Part shown: positions 10,650-20,145 of the stretch, one piece after another
How positions within the stretch are numbered: the first letter of the stretch is position 1
Layout: every line of letters begins with the position of its first letter
Assembly: GCA_965219415.1 (NCBI GenBank)
Contig: CBDCNP010000002.1
Location: 2,016,001-2,080,000 of the forward strand
Source: Candidatus Marinacidobacterales bacterium
GTDB taxonomy: Bacteria > Acidobacteriota > Vicinamibacteria > Marinacidobacterales > DATDRI01
Length of the DNA stretch: 64,000 nt
Reading direction: 5' to 3'
The notes under the pieces: generated by a model
What the model saw: only the letters and a program-made list of their open reading frames with translations
Database searches by the model: none
What the model was told of the DNA's origin: nothing
Made by a program: the position numbers and the translations under genes

Positions 10650-11770
10650 TGAATCTCGAGTTCCAACGGAAAGTGGACCGCATAGCGGGTACGTTCTTCT
10701 GCAGAGTCTTGTCCATGTTCCCCAACGCGCGCCGGCAACCGCCGGCCGACCTGAAACCGCAGAAGATCTTGGTGATTCTCTTGTCGGAGATGGGAAGCCT
10801 GGTTCTCGCCCAGCCGATGTTCGCGCGCATCAAGGCTAAGTACCCAGCGGCTTCTCTTTATGTCAGTTCTTCCAACAGAACCAGGAAGTCCTGGACGTTT
10901 TGCGGGTCGTCCCTGAAGATCACATCCTAACCGTCCGCAATGACTCAATGAGTCATCTGTCGAAGGACAGTCTCCACGCCCTAAAGGAAATGCGCCGGAT
11001 CGGGATCGACACCGTGCTCGACTGCGAGCTCTTCTCCAGAGTGGGGAGCATTTTTTCGTTTCTGAGCGGCGCCAAGATCCGCGCCGGGTTCCACCGCCAC
11101 ACTCAGGAAGGTCTCTATCGCGGCAACTTTATCAATCGGCCCGTGCTCTACAATCCCTACCAGCACATTTCGCAACAGTTTTTGACGCTGGTCGAGGCGC
11201 TCGAATCGAAACGCGTCCCCACCGTCAAGCGAACGGTTGGACAAGAGAAACTCACCATCCCGCCGATGTCGGTCGAAGCGGACGAGGTGAGCTCGATGGC
11301 AACACGCTTCCAGGCCGATTTCCCGCAAGCAGCGGGAAAAAAGGTCGTCCTCCTCTCACCCGGGGGCGGTCTGTTGCCGATTCGCGCTTGGCCGGTCGCT
11401 AACTTCTCCCGCGTCGCCGAGGAGCTCATACGACTCGACTACGTTGTGGGGATCATTGGATTGGAAAGAGACAAAGACACCGCCCAGGAGATCTTGTCCC
11501 ATTGCAAGAGTGCGAACTGTCTCGATCTGACGGGATATACGGAAACAGTGCGTGAGCTCATGCTCCTATTCCACAGCGCATCGCTGCTGGTAACCAACGA
11601 TGGCGGTCCGGGCCACTTTGCCAGCATGACACCCATCCCGGCCATTGTCCTCTTCGGGCCCGAGAGCCCGACTTTGTACGGAAGCCTCGACGACAAAACG
11701 ATCAGTCTTTATACGCACCTCTCGTGCTCTCCTTGCCTCACCGCATACAACCATCGCAACTCGCCTTGCG
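10649..11770 (+). CDS. Glycosyltransferase family 9 (heptosyltransferase-like); frameshift near 10860, C-terminus truncated
   Basis: LSEMGSLVL, RAWP, LDLTG, LVTNDGGPGHFA, VLFGP, CSPC; homology ends at NHRNSPC. Confidence 0.85.
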
Positions 11771-11981
11771 AAAGAGGGTCGATACGCAGAAGCCGTTCAG
11801 TCGTTTCGCGTCGTCGTTTGGCTTCGTCCAGATTTTGCTGAGGCTCACCTAAAATCTCGGTGAGGCCCTTTGGCAGCAGGGACAATTCTTCGAAGCCCTC
11901 GAGCCTTTCCGCACTGCGGCTGAGCTTAAACCTGAGTTGGAGGAGCTGGCCGGCCTCCGGTGGGCGCTGCTCGAGGGTTGA
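11769..11981 (+). pseudogene. TPR protein C-terminal fragment
   Basis: EGRYAEAVQSFRVVVWLRPDFAEAH..LGEALWQQGQFFEALEPFRTAAELKP; no start codon. Confidence 0.65.
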
Positions 11982-12339
11982 GGAGGTTTGCTACTAGCGA
12001 ATCAGGTAGTTCTCTTTCACAAACTCGGACATCACCGCCTCCGGAGAAACGCCGCAGAAACGTTGAGAATCAGGCGGCAACGCAAAGCTTGATCGATTCG
12101 GATACCGACGCGACGGACTACTGCGTCGCGGGATGAACTCCCTGTTGGAGCGGCGTTTTCTACATCAACTGCTACGCGCTGACCGTTGAGTATATCAGAC
12201 ACACCAAAACAGGATGTCCGGGTGCCCTCTTGCGCACCCGGGCACCTTTTCGCAGCCTCTCGCTGGGTTTCCAAGGCCTCGTCGGTGTAGAGCCTATCGG
12301 TTTTGCCTCCCCGTGGCCCGTGCGCGAAGGCAACTCCCG

Positions 12340-12423
12340 TCAGTCGCCCTCGAGGGGCAGCCGGAACACGGCCACCTCCTGGCCGTTGCGAACCAGCAAG
12401 ACGTCGCCGACCAACACCAGGAT
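12340..12423 (-). pseudogene. C-terminal remnant of a PQQ-like beta-propeller protein
   Basis: Reads VLVGDVLLVRNGQEVAVFRLPLEGD*, resembling the end of that family. Confidence 0.55.
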
Positions 12424-12571
12424 CCCGGGTGCCCACGTGCTCGGCCCGCATGCGGAGGAGATCATCAACCTCTTTGCCATGGCCATGGTGGCGGGCATGA
12501 AACCTAAGGACATCAAGAAGACTATTTTCGCGTACCCGACAGCCGCTTCGGATATGCCCTACATGGTCTGA
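12418..12571 (+). pseudogene. C-terminal remnant of a pyridine nucleotide-disulfide oxidoreductase
   Basis: GAHVLGPHAEEIINLFAMAM..IFAYPTAASDMPYMV* (dimerisation domain end). Confidence 0.75.
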
Positions 12572-12680
12572 CCTCGCAACATCAAAGCCGTATCCAAACA
12601 GGCTCGAAATAGGAGGGTAGGTACCAAAATTCTACTGTAACGTTTCATTTCGGGCGGGGGCAGCAGAGCGTGCTCTCGGC

Positions 12681-13782
12681 TCACTTGATGAACAGCTGGA
12701 CCAAGGCCTCGGCCAAGGCGGGAAGCCCTGTGCTGTTGGCATTCGTGAGAACGGCAACAACCAGTTTGGCGTCCGGAATGACCCAGAAATCGGCCGTAGC
12801 GCCTACGTGTTGTCCCCCGTGGCCAACGGCACTGTGGCCTGCCAGTTCCCGCACTTGCCAACCGATACCATAGCCTGTCCTCTCCCCGTCGGCTGCCTGC
12901 ATCGGCGTCCATAAGAGTTGTAGGGTATCGCGTGAGAGAAGTTCATGCTCGAGCATTGCTTGGCCGTAGCGGGCAAGGTCTTCGGCAGTGGAGAGGAAAC
13001 CACCGGAAGCCCAAGCGTCGCTGCAGTCGATTGCCGGTACGTTCATTACGCTCCCGCCTATTACGCCATAAGGGCGAGCGCGATTCGAAATGATTGAAAA
13101 GTTTTGATCCGGGAGCGTGTGGGTCATCCCGAGCGCGGCAAACACCCGTCTTTCCATCAACTCGAGAAACGGCTCGTCGGAAGCTCCCTCCAGCACCGCG
13201 GCAATCAGGTTCCATCCGTAGCTCGAATACTCGAACCTCTCACCCGGTCGAAAGAGCAGCGGCTTGTTCTTGAACTTGTCCAGGGCATGCACAACGTTCT
13301 CGTAGTGGGTGGAATTGAGAAACTCCTCTTCGCTGTAGTGGGGAATGCCGGAGAGGTGCCCGGCTAAGAGCCGTGTTGTAATCGGGTACTGTTTCTCTGG
13401 AAAAGCCGGTGCATACTTTTGCACAGGGCGGTCGAGGTCGAGCCTTCCTTCCTCAACTAGCAGACCCAATGCAGCTGCCGTCAATGTTTTAGAGATACTG
13501 CCGATGCGGAACCGGGTTTCGGTGAGAACCGGAGCCTTGTGTTCGAGAGCCGCGTAACCGAACCCCTCCGACCAAACCAGTTTGCCCTCCCGCAGGACAG
13601 CTACGGACATGCCCGGGAGTTGCTCTCATGAGTCTTCGAATTTGTGCGCGGCCTTCTGCGATGTCGGTTCCGACACTGCTGGATTCCTGTGCGTAGGGCT
13701 GGGAGGAAAACATAGCCAAGAACAGAAATAGAAATAGAAATAGAAATAGAAATAGGGTCATCGGAGTGCCTGGAATTTTCAT
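12681..13782 (-). CDS. Serine hydrolase, class C beta-lactamase/D-peptidase family; frameshift near 13615
   Basis: IGSISK (SxxK), LAGHLSG, PGERFEYSS, GHGG; signal peptide in the upstream frame. Confidence 0.88.
13724..13755. repeat. (AGAAAT)5 microsatellite
   Basis: Five perfect hexamers plus AG; encode an LF run in the signal peptide. Confidence 0.9.
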
Positions 13783-13894
13783 TATGAGTCTCCCTGTTTC
13801 TCTCGCGATTCAGAGGATTGGCTGCACGATGGGATTCCCCCTTCCCTGTTCTAGGGGAAGCGAGACGGGCTGCCATCTGCGGCCGCCAGCACTG

Positions 13895-14100
13895 TTACTT
13901 TACGGGGCCAGTGAGCCACACACCGGGAAGTATTTCGGCGGGCTCGGAGTGTGCACCACAAAGACCCCTCCGAGATCTTCGTAAAAGGACCGCTCCGAGC
14001 TCGCGGGCGTTATCGAGAACTGTCCTCGGACGCCTAGGGGTGTCAAAGAGAATCCGGCGCCCATCTGCCTCGATCAGTGAAACCCCACTCGCCGATCCCA
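13895..14100 (-). pseudogene. MBL-fold metallo-hydrolase remnant
   Basis: GIGEWGF..LIEADGRRILFDT..VLDNARELG..EILPGVWLTGPV; metal-binding core absent. Confidence 0.65.
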
Positions 14101-14174
14101 CCAGAGCACGAACAAGGGTAGAAGAAGCAGCGCTCTCAGGCCTTTTGTTCGATTCCACATTGGAGGCTGGTAGA

Positions 14175-14940
14175 CTAGCTCGCCAGCAGAGCGTCTGCCC
14201 GTGCAGAGATTTCCTCGAGCGTCTTCTCACCCACCATTTTTTCCCTCACCTTCCCATCTCGATCGACAAACAGGATGGTGGGTACGAGGTGGCTCTGCAC
14301 GACGTCCCCGAGCGAAGCACTGGGATACGACCAGATCTCGTATTCCGGGTCGAACACTTGGAGCGATTCGTTCAGATCCTCCACCGAGCCGCTGTTCACC
14401 CAAACACCGACTACCCGCAGCCCGCGGTCGCCACGAGTGCGCACGATCTCTTGCAGGATCGGAAGTGTCCTCATGGAGTGACGGCAATGAACGGCTAGAA
14501 AAGCCAGGACGACGGGATCGCCTCGCAGATCGCTTGAACGAACGACGTCTCCCCCCGGCGTCCTCGCGTTGAAATCGGGAAGCCGAAAATCGGTGAACCT
14601 CCGCCCGTCTTGAGCCTTTTCTCTGTAGTACATCTTCAGCATGTCACCGCTGGCTCAGGATAGGTCTCCATAGAGGGAGCAGGCCCCGTATTCGGAACAA
14701 CGGTTGGTAGAACGTGAGTCTTGCCTATTAGGGACATGCCTCACCGTCCTTGCAGGTCGTCGCGGCGCATTGATGTTGACTCGTGCCGGATCGAGCTTCT
14801 GTTGAGCTCGCGAAGACCGGGGGGTTGAGGTATTTGTCTAGCTGGTATCCTGCCAGGATACCAGCGACTATCAATACCGCGGCCGCGGACAAAGCGGCCA
14901 GAAAAGTGGGTTTCGCTCTACCGGACTTATCGTTGTTCAT
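14175..14940 (-). CDS. Membrane-anchored TlpA/redoxin-like protein (CxxS) with Cys-rich linker; frameshift near 14730, in-frame TGA at 14657
   Basis: LPDF..SSDLRGDPVVLAFLAVHCRHS..VPTILFVDRDGKV; upstream frame RCSEYGACSLYGDLS*ASGDML; TM anchor in ORF 14728-14940. Confidence 0.72.
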
Positions 14941-15002
14941 CTTTGTCTCCCGTTAACCTTTCGGCGGACGGTCTAGCTCCCCAAGGACCGGCGGCCTATC
15001 TC

Positions 15003-15389
15003 TCAGTCGACATTCATCGGAGGAACATACGTGAGCTCCCGAATCTTGTTCTCGTCAGTCAATCGGACGAACATCTCCCTCGTTGCTTCTTCGAAGTAGA
15101 CTTTGACGAAAGCACCTCCCGAACCCTCATCGAGCTCGGAAAACTCCACTTTCTGGACGTTCCCGAATTTTTCTAGAACGCCTAGTGCGGCGCGCCAGAG
15201 CTCGTCGGGCTGCAGTCCCTTGGTGACGTCGGTAAAGAGTCTCTCGAACGCCTGGTAGTCTTCGTCTTCCAGGTTTTCCACCACCCGTTTCACGGCATCT
15301 ACGAACACCTTCTCCTTTGGTGCCTCGGCCGCAATGGCCATGACCGCAATGGACACGAACGCCAAGGTGAGTCCCATTCTCTTCCTCAT
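15003..15389 (-). CDS. Small exported protein (DUF3887-like)
   Basis: GAGG RBS, signal peptide, helical N-half then FGNVQKVEF..VYFE beta meander. Confidence 0.65.
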   Translation of the reverse strand: MRKRMGLTLAFVSIAVMAIAAEAPKEKVFVDAVKRVVENLEDEDYQAFERLFTDVTKGLQPDELWRAALGVLEKFGNVQKVEFSELDEGSGGAFVKVYFEEATREMFVRLTDENKIRELTYVPPMNVD

Positions 15390-15506
15390 CTCTTACTTCC
15401 TCACTAGTGAATTTCCCCCGCTTCTAGTTTCGCCAAGAAATCTCCGATCGTCAGGTGTCGGAGGCGCTTGTAGGCAACGTTTTCATTTAACCAAATCCTG
15501 TAAGTG

Positions 15507-15539
15507 CTCTTCTGATCAGAAGAGATTGTCGACCGCTCA
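15507..15539 (-). promoter_or_regulatory. Candidate SECIS after TGA 15539-15537
   Basis: TGA + 12 nt + CTCTTCT-GATC-AGAAGAG hairpin; loop begins with G. Confidence 0.55.
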
Positions 15540-15678
15540 CCCACCTCCCTGCTGCACCCAAACCGTCTCCGGGTTGGCGTGGATGATCTTTCCATCACTC
15601 ACTTCCACGGTTATCGGCTTGCTGCAGTGGGCGCAGGAGTCGTTCAAACGAAAAGAGTCTCCATCTTTTTGATATTCG

Positions 15679-15713
15679 TCGCTGGTGACCACCAGCAAAA
15701 AGTCGACGGCTCA
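15679..15713 (-). promoter_or_regulatory. Candidate SECIS after TGA 15713-15711
   Basis: TGA + 12 nt + TTGCTGGT-GGTC-ACCAGCGA hairpin; loop begins with G. Confidence 0.6.
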
Positions 15714-15738
15714 CCAGACCCCAAAGGGCTTCCCGTTG

Positions 15739-17111
15739 GAGCTACCCTCAGAAGGTGTGGAAATAAAGTAAAGGCGGAGTAACCTTCCGCGTCACGAAAC
15801 ACGGCCTGAAGGGGCCAACGGAAGGAGACACCGCCATGAAGGAAAAGACCACAAGACGACAGAGCTCGTCAAGGGTGGCTTGGGAGTCGCTGGAGAAGTG
15901 GGCGAGGCTCGAGATCCAGGATTGGGTGCAGGAGCTGATGGTAGCCGAAGTCACGGAGCTTCTCGGGCGTGAGAAATCGGAGAGACGGAAGCCCGTGGAC
16001 ACAACGGCGGGCTATCGAAATGGATACGGTAAGCCTCGGAAGCTGACGATGAGCGTGGGCACGGTGACGGTTCGCCGGCCGAGAGTACGGGACGTGGAGG
16101 AGAGGTTCGAAAGTCGAGTGCTTCCGCTGTTCAAGCGTCGGAGCGAAACGGTGAGCGAGTTGATTCCGGAGCTGTACCTGCATGGACTAGCTCACGGAGA
16201 TTTCGATCTGGCGCTCCGCGGGCTTCTAGGGGAGGACGCTCCACTTTCTCCCAGCACGGTGTCGCGGCTGAAACAGAAATGGCAGGGAGAGTACGAGCAG
16301 TGGCTAGCTCGCCCACTGGACGAACTCGAGCTCGTGTCCCTGTGGGTAGATGGCGTGTACGTGAAGGCCGGCCTTGAGAAGGACAAGGGCGGCGGTGCTA
16401 GTTGCGGTTGGTGGCCTGTCCGACGGGACGAAAATCGTCCTGACGCTGGAGGCCGGGCATCGAGAATCCGAAGCGTCATGGTCGTCGCTGCTACGGAGAC
16501 TGAAGAAGCGCGGTCTGAGATGTCCCCGTTTGGTGATCGGTGACGGTCATCTCGGCATCTGGGCCGCGACCCGAAACGTATTTCCAGAAGCTGAGGAGCA
16601 GCGGTGCTGGAACCACCGAATCCTCAACGTACTGGACCGGATTCCGAAAAGGGACCAGGCGCAGGCCAAGCCGCTGTTGACGGCGACCCCCTACCCCACC
16701 AGCCTGCAGGAGTGCGAGACGAAGAAGGCCAAGTTCCAGGATTGGTGCTTGCGCAAGGGTCTTCCGGGGGCCGCGCACGTGCTCGACGAGGACTGGGAGC
16801 GGATGGTCAGCTTCTATTCCTTTCCCAAGCCTCACTGGCAACACCTTCGCACGAGCAACGTCGTGGAGTCACCGTTCGCTGCACTGAGATTGAGAACGGA
16901 TGCGGCCAAAAGGTTCAAGAAAGTCGAGTCCGCCACTGCGACAATCTTCAAACTGCTTCTGGTTGCGGAGAAGAATTTTCGCCGGCTCAACGCACCGGAG
17001 CTGATGCGAGAGGTTCACCTGGGCGTTCGATTTGAAGATGGAGACAGGGTAACGGAGTCGTCGAAGGTTGCTGCTGCCTGAACTTTTTTACACACCTATT
17101 GACAAGAGCTC
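15739..17111 (+). mobile_element. IS256-family element 1
   Basis: 8-bp target duplication TCCCGTTG (15731-15738, 17112-17119); imperfect IRs GAGCTACCCTCAGAAGGTGTG / GAGCTCTTGTCAATAGGTGTG. Confidence 0.93.
15836..17081 (+). CDS. IS256 transposase; frameshift near 16388
   Basis: YRNGY, WVDGVY, IGDGHLG, QRCWNH, LRTSNVVES. Confidence 0.92.
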
Positions 17112-17193
17112 TCCCGTTGCCCACCGTCACTGTATGGAAGTTGTGACGGAGCGGCCCGCCCCAGCGGGCGTACTTGTCGGCAAGCGCATAACC

Positions 17194-18593
17194 GGTCAAG
17201 TCTTAATTTTCCTGTCAAATCTCCGTACGGTTCCCCGCGCTCGGTTAAGCTGCTGATTCCTCCGACGTGCCTTGCGGGAGAAGCTCGTTGCGAAGCTCCT
17301 CGACTTTCCTAGCGGCGAAGACATCCATCCTCACGCCGCGCCATTTGTTTGCGGCGGCCAAGAGCACAGCGAACGAGAGTTTCATCGCGGCCTCCTCGGT
17401 GAAGAAGTGAGGAATGACCTTTGTGCGACGTTTGTGCTCTCCGAACGTGCGCTCAAGTAGATTCGACGTGCGAAGCCTTTTGTGATGCGCCGCAGGAAGG
17501 CGTAGCGCCTGAAGACATGCTTCGAGGGTCTCTTCCATGCACTTCATCGCGCTCGGGAATCGTTGACGGTACCGAGCGATCACCTCCCGACCCTTCTTCA
17601 GCCCTTGCTCGTAGCTGTTCGCATGGAACGACTCAAGGATGGCCGCCTTGAGTTCGTCGCGCACTTCCTTCGGAGCCTTGCCCAGGATGTTCTCGAGGCG
17701 GTGCTTCTGGCAACGTTGCTTGAGGCTTCGAGGGAAGACCTCTGCGATCGCTTTGAGCACTCCAGGATTCCCGTCCGTCACGATGAGCAACGGCTCCCTC
17801 ATTCCTCGGGCCACTATCTCCTGCAAGAACCCCTTCCAGTTCTCGTAGGATTCTCGGTTGCCGACACCGATATGAAGAAGAACTCGCGTCCCATCAGCGC
17901 GATAGCCGGTCGCAACGAGGATGGGCTCTTTCCTCTCCGCTCCTTGGTGGTAGCGCAGGTACGTGCCGTCGAGCTCGAGATACAACAGCTTCTCGTTCGA
18001 GAGATCCCGTTTTCGAAACGCCTCGAAATCCTCCGACAGACACCGTGTGACCCGGCTCACCACCGACTTCGAGACACCCGTGCCGCTCAGCACGTCCGCG
18101 AACGTCGCCTCAATGTCACGCGTCGACATCCCGTGGACGTACATCCGCGCGATCAGTTCATCGAGTTTCTCGGTCCGGCTCACGTAGGCGTCGAGAATCT
18201 TTGACTGAAACACCTTCTCTGTTTCTCGTACCCGCGGCACTTGCACCGTCACCGCTCCCTCGCCCGTGAGGACCCGATGCGACTCATACCCGTTGCGTCG
18301 TCCCTTCTCCTTCGTCGTTGCCGGAGCGTTCTCATAGTAGTTTCGACCCAACGCCTCCGTCACCTCGCGCTCCAACGCATATTGAAGCATCATCTGAGCT
18401 CCCGACCGGACGATCTCCGAGAGATTCATCTCCCCAAATACCAGTTGTTCCTCGAACTGCTTGAGCAATCGCTGACTCGGTAGTACCTTTCCCATGATGT
18501 ATGGTTCTCCTTTTCTGTCCCCATGACGGGGACGGGTTTGAGCTTGGGGAACCATACATCGTTTTTCTTTGACAGGAATCTTAAGACATCACC
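17194..18593 (-). mobile_element. IS256-family element 2
   Basis: 9-bp target duplication CGCATAACC (17185-17193, 18594-18602); 26-bp IRs GGTCAAGTCTTAATTTTCCTGTCAAA / GGTGATGTCTTAAGATTCCTGTCAAA. Confidence 0.95.
17245..18495 (-). CDS. IS256 transposase (intact)
   Basis: RRNGY, GMSTRDI, ELDGTY, VTDGNPG, QRCQKH, RTSNLLER; AGGAG RBS. Confidence 0.95.
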   Translation of the reverse strand: MGKVLPSQRLLKQFEEQLVFGEMNLSEIVRSGAQMMLQYALEREVTEALGRNYYENAPATTKEKGRRNGYESHRVLTGEGAVTVQVPRVRETEKVFQSKILDAYVSRTEKLDELIARMYVHGMSTRDIEATFADVLSGTGVSKSVVSRVTRCLSEDFEAFRKRDLSNEKLLYLELDGTYLRYHQGAERKEPILVATGYRADGTRVLLHIGVGNRESYENWKGFLQEIVARGMREPLLIVTDGNPGVLKAIAEVFPRSLKQRCQKHRLENILGKAPKEVRDELKAAILESFHANSYEQGLKKGREVIARYRQRFPSAMKCMEETLEACLQALRLPAAHHKRLRTSNLLERTFGEHKRRTKVIPHFFTEEAAMKLSFAVLLAAANKWRGVRMDVFAARKVEELRNELLPQGTSEESAA

Positions 18594-19688
18594 CGCATAA
18601 CCCGTCGCTCCCTCCGAGGAATCCGTGAGCAAGCCGGCTCTCTTCATGAAGCCGAGTCGGCCCGCTAGTATTCCGACGCGTATGTTGAGATTCTCCGAGA
18701 GCTCCTGGAGGGAGGGGAGACGCTGACCCAGCTCGTGATGGTTGATGATTTGCTTGGCGATCCGCTTCTCCTCGCTACCCAAGAGGTAGTTGTTCGGTCC
18801 CCAACTCTCCCTAATCAATCGATGCTGAGGACAAGTTTGCCACTTGCACCCATGAGACGGCGCACACGCGTGGAAACCGGGGGCGTGATAGAACGCGAAG
18901 CTGGTTGCCGGGTAGGGTGCCGGCACGGGGAAATCGGCCGACGCCACGAATGCGATCTCGACGAGGGCCGACGCGACGACGAGGCGATCGCCAACGGCTA
19001 GCGCAGCCTACTCATCGGAAACGCCGCTCCTGCAGGTAAGCGACGAGCGGGACGAGAGCCATTCGGAGAACAAGTCCCGCTCCGAGGCCGACGAAGAGCG
19101 CCGTCAGAAAGTCCCCAGGGGGGCTCACCGCCATCCGGAGCGACTCCGCCCACCACACCCCAAGAGGGGTGACGAAGCAGAGAACTTCTACCGCGGCGCG
19201 CTTCAGGTTGTCCCCGACGGAGGGAATGCGTGAGCTCGTGAGCGACGGCAGCTGAGAGCTCCATGGTGTCTAGCGTCTCGATTGCTTTCCGGGAAACCAG
19301 GATACGAGGTCGGAAGAAGCCGACATTACAGAGAAGCACACCCGGGCCTGGGTGAATGCGTATTCTCCAACGATCGGTGGCGCGCTTTGCGAACCGCCCT
19401 CCCGCCAACGTCGCGATTTTTTCGCGAACGAGTGCGAAGGCTGTACCGAGCTTCACGGCGTCGATCGAGCTCGTCGGATGGGAGTTCCCTTTTTCCGACA
19501 CTCGGTATCCACGAAACGCGAAATAGCTGGTTCGCGTCGCCCATATGAGGCCGAGACCGACGCTAGCAACCTGGAAGAACTCTATCCACTGGCAGGCGGT
19601 GGGATTCTGGAGAAAAAAGGCGGTCTTGGCCAGGAGAAGCACGTACTGCTCGGCTAACCAGTCAATCACCGTCACTCCTAATGGGTGC

Positions 19689-20144
19689 CTACTTGGTCGT
19701 GGGCTTCTTCTTACGCTTCTCCTCGATGAGCTGACCCAGCTCCCGCAGTCGGTTCGACTCTGCATTACCGAGACGGTCGACGAACGCGGAAAGCACGGGG
19801 CCCGAGAGATCCTCGGCCAAACCGGAAAAGACCTCCAGACTGGCGCGAGCGAGAAACTCTTGGCGGCTGCACGTAGGGTGGTAGCGAAAGGCGTTGCCCT
19901 CGGGGCTCCGCCGCAGGTAACCCTTTTCCGCCAACCGACTCATCACCGTCATGACGGTGGTGTAGGCCAAGTCTCGCTGCTGAGTAGTTAGGGACTGGTG
20001 GATTTCCCGAACCGTGGCCGATTCCTTCTTCCAGATCTTCTCCATGATGCGACCCTCCAAGTCCCCGAGGAGCTTAGTCACGCCGCTCTTTCCAGGCCGA
20101 TAGGTCAGGTCCGCAAAGTCCCTCTTCTTGGTTCCTCGTCCCAT
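19689..20144 (-). CDS. BlaI/MecI/CopY family repressor
   Basis: LGDLEGRIMEKIW..ATVREI..LAYTTVMTVMSRLAEKGYL..GNAFRY. Confidence 0.93.
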   Translation of the reverse strand: MGRGTKKRDFADLTYRPGKSGVTKLLGDLEGRIMEKIWKKESATVREIHQSLTTQQRDLAYTTVMTVMSRLAEKGYLRRSPEGNAFRYHPTCSRQEFLARASLEVFSGLAEDLSGPVLSAFVDRLGNAESNRLRELGQLIEEKRKKKPTTK

Positions 20145-20145
20145 G

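Larger units (their letters stand above)
15404..19669 (-). pseudogene. M56 (BlaR1-like) peptidase continuing into a MerB-like domain with three TGA (putative Sec) codons; split by two IS256
   Basis: GFFRPRILVS, AVAHELTH..RRDN, DE*AALAVGDRLVVASALVEIA, then HTH-like PSLQELSENL..AGLL and, after IS removal, GKPFGVW*AVD..SCAHCSKPI..GGG*AVDNLF*SEEHL. Confidence 0.8.

Noticed and set aside
12418-12571. merA remnant completing a mer operon
   Set aside because: Ends YPTAASDMPYMV without the MerA C-terminal Cys-Cys; no merR, merT or merP seen.
15739-18593. Composite transposon
   Set aside because: The two IS differ in sequence and each has its own target duplication.
12681-20144. Classical blaI-blaR1-blaZ beta-lactam resistance locus
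   Set aside because: No penicillin-binding sensor domain; the hydrolase is a generic class C-like enzyme several genes away. Co-regulation cannot be excluded.
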